Shown here one piece after another: positions 57,901 to 64,000 of a stretch of DNA of 64,000 nucleotides. The notes below the pieces were generated by a model, which was given only the letters and a program-made list of their open reading frames with translations, was not told the origin of the DNA and searched no databases. Origin of the DNA: a virus (Duplodnaviria > Caudoviricetes); the IMG/VR virus record IMGVR_UViG_3300031994_000022; one strand, written 5' to 3'. The position numbers were made by a program, and so were the translations under genes. The first letter of the stretch is position 1; each line of letters begins with the position of its first letter.

Positions 57901-58949
57901 TGTTTAGATATTTGTTCTAAAACATCAATCAACGGTTTAAGACTCTCATCATTTACCGAACTTTTTAATGTGTCTCCTAATAATTCGGCATTTTCACTCG
58001 CCTCTTTTGCTTCGGTTGATATTTCTGACGTAGCATCATTTGCTTTTTTTATTTGATCGGGGGAGATGTATACTTTATCTTGTAATCTTCCAAAGGAGTC
58101 TTCAATATCTTTTACTTCAAATCCCATTTCAGACATGAGTTGAATTAAATCAAATACTTTTTGTTGAAATACACCCCAACTTTCTTCATCAAAACTAAGA
58201 AATTCTCCATCTTTTGCAGAACTACTCATTTCATCCATAGCAGATTTCAAATCAGCCATCATTCTGTCTCTAGTAGCACGATACTCTTCACGTTTTTGTC
58301 GTTCCGCTTCTCTTACAGCATCCGCCGTCCTTTTTGCTTCTTCTCGTTGCTGTTTCAATAAATCAGATTGCTGCTTTACATAATTCTCATTAGCATCATA
58401 TGTAATATCTGACATATGACTATTTAATTGTTGATTCGCTTTATTTGTAAAATTATCATAATACTCTTTTAAATAATCTTGTTTAAAAACATCAGAATTA
58501 TTAAAAATACTGTCAAATATATTTTTATAAATAGACGAAATTTCTTGACCGAATTTATTTGAATAAGTTTCCAAAAATGCGTAAAATTTTAAAAAGTATT
58601 TTTCGCCCTTACTTATTGATTCAGATGATATCTTTGAAATATCAAAAGATTCGATAAACTTTTCAATATCCACGCCAGAATTTAAAGCTTCTTTTTTTAT
58701 AGAGTCAATATCTTTTTTTACAGTTTTGGTATTCCATAATTCCAAATCTGTTCTTTTAGTATTTCTAGCTTCATCCCATAATTCATTTATTGATTTTTTT
58801 AATTTCTTTACTTCCGAATCATCGGCTTTGGGAGTTAATTTCGTTTGATTAATTTTATTTTGAGTGTCTAAAACCGATTCGAGTCTAGACACTAATCCAT
58901 CTAAAGCGGAGGTATCAACACCACCACTACCAGTTACACCTTTAGGCAT
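54936..58949 (-). CDS. Tape measure protein, exon 1 (TP901-type core; coding ends at 54939)
   Basis: MVELAKVS...ADWARLGY, VDVFNEVANNYAI, ALQRSAASL, VGT.FKTLSARIRG; AAAGGAGG RBS; the TAA is the first 3 nt of the intron. Confidence 0.92.
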   Translation of the reverse strand: MPKGVTGSGGVDTSALDGLVSRLESVLDTQNKINQTKLTPKADDSEVKKLKKSINELWDEARNTKRTDLELWNTKTVKKDIDSIKKEALNSGVDIEKFIESFDISKISSESISKGEKYFLKFYAFLETYSNKFGQEISSIYKNIFDSIFNNSDVFKQDYLKEYYDNFTNKANQQLNSHMSDITYDANENYVKQQSDLLKQQREEAKRTADAVREAERQKREEYRATRDRMMADLKSAMDEMSSSAKDGEFLSFDEESWGVFQQKVFDLIQLMSEMGFEVKDIEDSFGRLQDKVYISPDQIKKANDATSEISTEAKEASENAELLGDTLKSSVNDESLKPLIDVLEQISKHLLDIRNTLGSVDDENGFTNIISSVDILLGKLDEVNQKVGTGVYNVQINQGVDRIAQEREAATKDYLRSTMSRYKNAYSKVVGQAGSEEKLFAYINNVVDFKGGIDQLYETFGSSNVSQLESAESQIYRYMDFFKILKQAMGFDEFGLDLSNINLPTPDDSYFRSKLREKSGLKDTDEIINLDDEKVDLTEIVQYLSDIRDLISDISKKDLFGESLEKISGLLDSVIEKFKEITTQVQIINNNPIDTNSKNSVNVKVKNKKPIETHISQTDLDNVTESAKQTAEAKKSVKEANEELAASTEPTEASLNSESSSLDNVTESAKQTAKAKESVAEANEELNKSENKTKTKKSDDADSDKEREKSISRYIKLVNERNKLEIKKIKNGDNSVRDEEIAKIDDEITELKKLNFTEEENERITRGVATSAAALKDALNLKDLQNQKALNKYISDIDNAMNSLDTLEKKRKYIPEFSSEIDELRSTLARIQGDSDTINIVSEKELQELAEAKNRLKQLTQEATLAENKLANENSIQKNLAKINDVLSKNTKRAFKATDVYQDYLKLQNLFQNFDTSKPQSELNDLITELLKVDARFKELGDDVKGGGFLSQFSHRLSDMNAKFFAQYFSFQDIIRYARQAFTTIQDLNVQMVELAKVSEQSLEQIKGDFQSYADTAKDLGSTITDTISATADWARLGYNVPDAKELARVALLYKNVGDGIDIDAANQSLISTLQGYQMQADEAEHIVDVFNEVANNYAIDTAGIGEALQRSAASLNAANTSLEQSVALVTAANTVVQNPESVGTTFKTLSARIRGSKTDLEELGEEADEFTETTSKLQGLVKSLTGFDILEADQKTYKSIYDILIGIGKEWKNLDDIERASLGEALAGKRNANTLFAILDNIDTLESAYETAENSAGSAMREQENFEQGLEYSINRAKAALEELINDAINSDFLKGLIDTGTKFIEILDAIVNKIGLFKTAIIGIGTVIGTKKLG

Positions 58950-58967
58950 AGCATCTTACCTCCTTTA

Positions 58968-59489
58968 CTAATATAATCTTTCTACTGCTTTATAAACTTT
59001 GCTCATTACGCTATCAAATTCTTTTTGTTTTTCATCATCTATTTCCTTTATTTTTTTATTCATTTCCGAAACCATTTTTGTATAAGGACTAAAACTTCTT
59101 TTAGCCGGTCTTCCCCATTCTGTAAATTGTGGGATTGGAGTCCTCCAATATGGAATTCCTGGATGTGGATGATTTTTACCTTTATACGCTCCACCGTGAT
59201 AACCTTGCATAAAAGAGTTTTCAAATATGATTTCATTTCCCAAAAATGAAGCATCAAAATCTACGCTATAATCCGTTCCGTTTAAGTTAACTTTAAAAGC
59301 GTTATATAAAGAGCCGGAGCGATCATATAAAATAGGGTCATATTGCGAATACCATCGAGTAATCACGTCATCTCCAATTAAATATAATTCCTCGGCATAT
59401 CTTTTAGGATAAACTTCATTCATTTTTTCTAATTTACTTTTTGCTTTTTTTATAGCGTTAATCGCTGCAATAATATCACGAGTCCTCAA
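58968..59489 (-). CDS. Hypothetical tail-module protein
   Basis: TTG start with GGAGGTG RBS; Y.R..SL, G.HGG motifs. Confidence 0.65.
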   Translation of the reverse strand: MRTRDIIAAINAIKKAKSKLEKMNEVYPKRYAEELYLIGDDVITRWYSQYDPILYDRSGSLYNAFKVNLNGTDYSVDFDASFLGNEIIFENSFMQGYHGGAYKGKNHPHPGIPYWRTPIPQFTEWGRPAKRSFSPYTKMVSEMNKKIKEIDDEKQKEFDSVMSKVYKAVERLY

Positions 59490-59512
59490 ATCACTCACCT
59501 CCAATAATATAA

Positions 59513-59710
59513 TCAATACAATAGCAACACCTCCGTCAAAGTAATTCCTAAACAATTCAACATCTTCTCGGCATTCTCTGGATTGGGCACAATATCTCTT
59601 ATTACAGTTTTTTCTATTATCTCGTAAGCTAATCCCGTTTCTTTAACAAGATCGCTCACCGATTTATTCTGCTGATACATCAGATCTTTAATTAAATCTA
59701 CAATTATCAT
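59513..59710 (-). CDS. XRE-like HTH protein
   Basis: KSVSDLVKETGL...P..E.AEK...LG; AAGGAG RBS. Confidence 0.6.
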   Translation of the reverse strand: MIIVDLIKDLMYQQNKSVSDLVKETGLAYEIIEKTVIRDIVPNPENAEKMLNCLGITLTEVLLLY

Positions 59711-59872
59711 TTCTTTTTCTCCTTTATATTTAGTACGTAATCTTTACAATTACGCTATATTGGAATTAAATATGTTATACATAACACAATGAATATAAAA
59801 TATGTCATCTATAACATATTCAACTAAAAAAAGCCCAAGAGCGACTATCCACCCTTGGGCTATAATCACTTG

Positions 59873-60286
59873 TTAATTCTGCTTACTCATTTGATCCATA
59901 AGTCTTTCCACAGCTTTACGATCTCGTTCGTCTACAGCCATATCCATAGCTCTTTCAAGCTGATCCAGCATCATTACTTTACTCTCATCACGAGAATATT
60001 CACCATTCATGCTGTGACCATAAGAACTACGTCCATAACTTCTGTTATACATAGGGTTCATTCTGTTAGAACGACCTCTCATAGCATAACTATTTCCGTT
60101 GGTATAACTACCTCCGGTCTGAGAATATCCCATTGAATCTTGAATTGAATCCATTTCATAAATATCCTTTACGATATCTATAAAACTATATAACATTTCG
60201 ACATCTTGCTTATCGAATTTTTGCTTGTTTAAGATATCATCTATTTCACAACAAGCTCTATCATAAGTCTTATCTATTATATCCAT
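59873..60286 (-). CDS. Conserved hypothetical protein (six-gene module)
   Basis: DIVKDI, SY/R/G-rich middle, ER.A.ER; AAGGAGG RBS; terminator at 59826-59861. Confidence 0.75.
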   Translation of the reverse strand: MDIIDKTYDRACCEIDDILNKQKFDKQDVEMLYSFIDIVKDIYEMDSIQDSMGYSQTGGSYTNGNSYAMRGRSNRMNPMYNRSYGRSSYGHSMNGEYSRDESKVMMLDQLERAMDMAVDERDRKAVERLMDQMSKQN

Positions 60287-60304
60287 CTTGAAATACCTCC
60301 TTTC

Positions 60305-60760
60305 CTACGCTATTCTGTCTAAATCGATAATCGCATTTTTAACAAGTATCGGTTGAGTACTTGTATTAGTAATTGCAACATTTTGACAACATCCACGAGG
60401 AATAGGTATTTCAACTGTTCTAGCTACATTAAAGAAGTTAGCATCAGTTGGAGGATCAGTTGCTACTGCAGCAGGAGTTACCACCATTGTTGTAGCAGGT
60501 TCTGTAACACCATTAACAGTAACTGCAAGACTTATTGCTTCAGCTGTACCAGTAGAGAGTACTGCTATGTTTGCGCTAAAGTCTATTGACAACCTTCCAT
60601 ACATTGCACAAGGATTATTTACAACGCCTCGAACTTGAAAAAGTCCAGAGTCATTTTGGTGTACAATATATCCATTGTTACAAGGAAAGAAATCATTGCT
60701 AAAAACGACAGTGGCACCAGGTGCAACTGTCTGAACTATATTTTCTCTATATTCAGCCAT
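60305..60760 (-). CDS. Beta-sandwich (BclA C-terminal/C1q-like) protein
   Basis: QTV.PG..V.F, HQNDSG, F.ANIA, FFNV, CC.N. Confidence 0.65.
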   Translation of the reverse strand: MAEYRENIVQTVAPGATVVFSNDFFPCNNGYIVHQNDSGLFQVRGVVNNPCAMYGRLSIDFSANIAVLSTGTAEAISLAVTVNGVTEPATTMVVTPAAVATDPPTDANFFNVARTVEIPIPRGCCQNVAITNTSTQPILVKNAIIDLDRIA

Positions 60761-60891
60761 AATTGTTTACCACCTTTCATATTTAAAAAGTCGTCCGACC
60801 TCCAAGACGGAAGCCGAACGACTCGGTATCAAAATTAGTATTTAAACTAAAAATTTCTTACGAAAAAATGTTACCTATTAGAATGAAAGGG

Positions 60892-61623
60892 TTATGCTCC
60901 ATAACCGCATCCGTATCCGTAATTGTAACCACATCCACATCCATTTGGATTCTGTACAATATAGGCAGGGATTGGTACTGGTGCCAGATATCTTTCGAGA
61001 GCACTCGTCTGTGCTTCATTGTTTGCAATTATAGCTGCAGTCTGCGCATTCTGTGACGCAGCAAGCTGTGACATAGTAAGTTGCTGCTGAAGAGCTGCAA
61101 TTTGCTCGTTCTTTGCGTCTATCTTATCAGCACACATCTGATCTAATATACGCTGTGTTGAAGCGTTATTTGCTTCAAGTACATCTCTAAGAGCATCGCT
61201 AATACTTGCCCTATCTGCACAAGCTTCACGAGCTATATCGGCTGATAAATTAGCTATAGCTAATCTGTTTTCACAGCAACATGAAGCCTGATTGGCTGCC
61301 ATGTTTGTTAACTGATTTGTGATATTTGCAGTCTGGTTGCATCTTGAAACTTCTGCATTACTAAGAGATGTCTGGATTCCAGAAATACCTGACATTATTG
61401 CAGACTGGTCGAAACCACGCTGAACGTCATTTACAACATAAGGAACTCCGCCGTAACCACCGTTACTGCCGTTGCCCCAACCATTATTTCCCCAACCGCC
61501 AAATGCGAAGAGGAAGAGGAGTATAAGCCACCAGCCATCTCCTCCGTTGCCGAAGCCGAATCCATTTCCATTTGTTACTGCTGCAACATCTGCTGCACTT
61601 AAAGAACCATCACTAATTGCCAT
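60892..61623 (-). CDS. Conserved G/N/W-rich + coiled-coil protein
   Basis: WWLILLFLF.FGGWG, DVQRGFDQ, CCCENR, TQRILD, P.PIPAY.V.NP. Confidence 0.8.
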   Translation of the reverse strand: MAISDGSLSAADVAAVTNGNGFGFGNGGDGWWLILLFLFAFGGWGNNGWGNGSNGGYGGVPYVVNDVQRGFDQSAIMSGISGIQTSLSNAEVSRCNQTANITNQLTNMAANQASCCCENRLAIANLSADIAREACADRASISDALRDVLEANNASTQRILDQMCADKIDAKNEQIAALQQQLTMSQLAASQNAQTAAIIANNEAQTSALERYLAPVPIPAYIVQNPNGCGCGYNYGYGCGYGA

Positions 61624-61721
61624 AATTTTGTTCTCCTTTTCATAATTTTATTAATTGATGCGTCCATCAATCCTTACGTAAGGAATTTATTAAAACAGCT
61701 ATTAAGCTGAATTAAACAAAA

Positions 61722-61940
61722 TTAAAAACGACCACTCATCATCTGCTGAAATTGAGTAGCCGCTTGAGATAATTGATTAAATTGTTCTTGAGTCATTTGA
61801 CCACTATTGAGTAAATCTTGTACTCTCTGTTTTGGGTCGCCTTGAAAACTTTGTCTAAACTGATTAAACTGACTCATCATATTGGCAAAGCCATTATTTT
61901 GTTGCTTGCCAAACATATTAAATAGTGAACTTACCGCCAT
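61722..61940 (-). CDS. Small Q/M-rich protein
   Basis: GDPKQ.VQ.LL.SGQM.Q.QFNQ. Confidence 0.75.
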   Translation of the reverse strand: MAVSSLFNMFGKQQNNGFANMMSQFNQFRQSFQGDPKQRVQDLLNSGQMTQEQFNQLSQAATQFQQMMSGRF

Positions 61941-62487
61941 CTGTTTCTGTCTCCTTCCTTGTATTATTAAAAGTATTTCCAGTAAAAGTAGAAGATATAG
62001 TTGAAGTGTTATTAGGTTTTGTTTCTAATTCTAAAATTCTAAATTCTAAATCACTGTACTTCTTTTTTAATTCATCATACTTTTCTTTGGTGACATAATT
62101 ACTCATATCTATTTGAGGTTGGACAACTTCCTTTTGAACTTCTTGAACAACCTCAGCTGTAACTTCCACGGGTGGATCACTAAGAACTTTTTTAACTAGA
62201 GGTAATGGTATTCCGTTATTATCCACTGTTTTAAAATATACAAAATCTCCTTCGGAATCGAAGAGTGGAACGGTAGTGCCTCTAGCAACTGGATACGACT
62301 TAGCTCCAGCTTCTCCTTGAACCCATGCGAAATATGAGTTAGACGGTGATGTTCCCGACATTTGTGTCGGTAACATTTGTTCGTTCATTTGTTGGGGATA
62401 CATTATTGGTTGTTGAAGCATAGTTGGTTGCATCAACGTAGGGTAGTATCCTAAATTATAATTACTTGGTGTTGTGTAGTAAGCCAT
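61918..62487 (-). CDS. Conserved hypothetical protein
   Basis: P/Q-rich N-terminus, WVQGEAGAKSY.VA.G..V.L.DSE, YVTK. Confidence 0.75.
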   Translation of the reverse strand: MAYYTTPSNYNLGYYPTLMQPTMLQQPIMYPQQMNEQMLPTQMSGTSPSNSYFAWVQGEAGAKSYPVARGTTVPLFDSEGDFVYFKTVDNNGIPLPLVKKVLSDPPVEVTAEVVQEVQKEVVQPQIDMSNYVTKEKYDELKKKYSDLEFRILELETKPNNTSTISSTFTGNTFNNTRKETETDGGKFTI

Positions 62488-62514
62488 TACAACTTACCTC
62501 CTTTCATTTAAAAT

Positions 62515-62889
62515 CTATCTTTCATAATAAAAAATTGGAACTTCCATTAAAGAGTTCCAATCATCATAAGCTATTCCATTTTTTACAGCGATTACGTGAC
62601 TACCAGTTGCTAACACATAATCTCCGCTTGGATGATCATAACAAAAATCATCCACCGTATAACAATCAGGACAAGTATTCGGAATGACTTTACGGACAAA
62701 ACCACAACCTCTAAGATATGAATCCCATACCGAATTACTACTAGGCATATCTTTCATTAAATATCCCTGAATACATAATTCTATATAAGTCTTATCCCAA
62801 GATTGATTTAATACTTTAGAAATAGCACGTATTGTACAATCCCCAACCGACTTGTAGTTGGGGTTCTCATTATAGTGTCTGTAAGCCAT
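62515..62889 (-). CDS. Putative Cys-His peptidase-like protein
   Basis: GDCTIRAI...H..AV..G..YD.W. Confidence 0.65.
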   Translation of the reverse strand: MAYRHYNENPNYKSVGDCTIRAISKVLNQSWDKTYIELCIQGYLMKDMPSSNSVWDSYLRGCGFVRKVIPNTCPDCYTVDDFCYDHPSGDYVLATGSHVIAVKNGIAYDDWNSLMEVPIFYYER

Positions 62890-62910
62890 AACTCATACCT
62901 CCGTTGGATA

Positions 62911-63429
62911 TTATTCTACTTGCTTTTTTAATTCTTCTATTACTGAGTTTATGAGTTCTTCAGATATAGAAAACTCTTGTTTGAGATTGTAAAGTAGAGC
63001 AGTAACAGAATATTCATTCTTTATAAAATCATCTAATCGCATCTTGAGCAGAGTCTGAAATTCCGCATATTCCGATGGTGGAATAGCAGCAATCAATGCG
63101 TCGATTGCTCCGACTTTATTAAGCTCATCGTAATAATAATCTATAGAATGCTCATCATCTATTTTAAGTTCTATGTTTGTATAGTTCTCAATAAGTTTCA
63201 TATAAAAAAACATATAACGACTTGGACTATTAAAAACTATCAATGATCTATCTCCATCTTGTTTTCTACAGGTGGCATTAATTATGCCTTCACAAATAAC
63301 CACCTTATTGAGATAGTTAATATAATCAGTAACTATATGCTGTTTAATGAAGTTTTCCATAGCAGACCCTTTTTGTTTCGCTGCTACGTTATATTGCCTT
63401 AAAAATGCATCGACCGATATTTTTCCCAT
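62911..63429 (-). CDS. Hypothetical protein (possible tail chaperone)
   Basis: GGAGG RBS; position upstream of TMP. Confidence 0.6.
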   Translation of the reverse strand: MGKISVDAFLRQYNVAAKQKGSAMENFIKQHIVTDYINYLNKVVICEGIINATCRKQDGDRSLIVFNSPSRYMFFYMKLIENYTNIELKIDDEHSIDYYYDELNKVGAIDALIAAIPPSEYAEFQTLLKMRLDDFIKNEYSVTALLYNLKQEFSISEELINSVIEELKKQVE

Positions 63430-63446
63430 TATTCATTACCTCCAAA

Positions 63447-63863
63447 TCACTCTTCAATTAAATTATATAAAACCATTAAATAATCAGCTGGTATACCAGC
63501 GTCTATAATATCTGTGTATTTTATCTTCTTTATTTGTAAATCTGATTCAGAATGAAGTATCTCATCCAAATCCTTATTAAAGTTATTCATTGTTTCCTCA
63601 AAGTTCTTATGCGCCTCTTGGAAATCTGTTATGGTTTCGAAATCCTCCTCGTGAGGTTCAAATATTCCAAATCTACCTTCGGAATCATAAGACCCATACT
63701 TCTGTATTTTTTCTTCTCTGATAGTATTGAAATTATCTACCGTTGGTTCAAATTGTTTAAGCATGCCGAGAAGTTTAAATTTAGCCAAACTATTTACTTC
63801 CGGTACATTATCAATAATTCTCTTAATTACTCGACTGTATGTTAATACGTCTTCAATTGTCAT
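63447..63863 (-). CDS. Hypothetical protein
   Basis: AAGGA RBS; helical, KYG motif. Confidence 0.65.
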   Translation of the reverse strand: MTIEDVLTYSRVIKRIIDNVPEVNSLAKFKLLGMLKQFEPTVDNFNTIREEKIQKYGSYDSEGRFGIFEPHEEDFETITDFQEAHKNFEETMNNFNKDLDEILHSESDLQIKKIKYTDIIDAGIPADYLMVLYNLIEE

Positions 63864-64000
63864 ATCCTTTTTTCTCCTTATTTGTTATTTCACTGTAAAT
63901 CTAAAATTATATCCATCACTTGTGTGAATATGATATTCGTTATTTTCGCAGAAATATTTCATGTTTGTAATCTGTGTATTAGTATTAATATCCATTAGAA

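Noticed and set aside
47773-58949. Two independent TMP genes, or a broken pseudogene
   Set aside because: The second ORF lacks an RBS, and the gap has full group I intron pairings that restore the frame exactly
27143-63927. Many + strand shadow ORFs over the tail genes, and - strand ones over early genes
   Set aside because: Antisense to well-supported genes, no RBS, biased composition
1-64000. Diversity-generating retroelement, cas operon or stop-codon recoding
   Set aside because: No reverse transcriptase or TR/VR pair seen; only a solo Cas4-like nuclease; core genes are intact in the standard code

Overview
64 kb of a large, AT-rich temperate tailed phage, most likely of a Clostridia/Lachnospiraceae-type Firmicute host (inferred from GGAGG RBSs, sigma-A-like promoters and the protein families). 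The + strand (1-27 kb) carries an early/replication operon: SSB, tRNA-Gln, DnaB, Cas4-like nuclease, primase, a fragmented C5 DNA methyltransferase locus, DnaE, dNMP kinase, NrdH/NrdD/NrdG, a ThyX-like protein, a sugar dehydrogenase plus glycosyltransferase, dUTPase and Xis. It is followed by an apparently intact attP (3' half of tRNA-Trp) and a tyrosine integrase. The - strand (27-64 kb) carries the tail module. Main highlights: (1) The tape measure gene is split by a 1082-nt group I intron (53857-54938, - strand) with clear P1/P7/P10 pairings. Instead of a homing endonuclease it carries an antisense zinc-ribbon gene with its own promoter, which straddles the 3' splice junction, and its own terminator. 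(2) The cytosine methyltransferase catalytic halves and about 7 target-recognition-like repeats are encoded as separate, overlapping mini-ORFs. (3) A tyrosine-recombinase shufflon with 11-bp CTAAACTCTAG sites offers five alternative tail-fibre C-termini. (4) Smaller signals include an anticodon-less tRNA-like RNA, a 36-34-36 repeat-spacer-repeat, repeated palindromic boundary sites and paired N/C-terminal motifs along the fibre genes. All calls come from reading the sequence; no database search was run.
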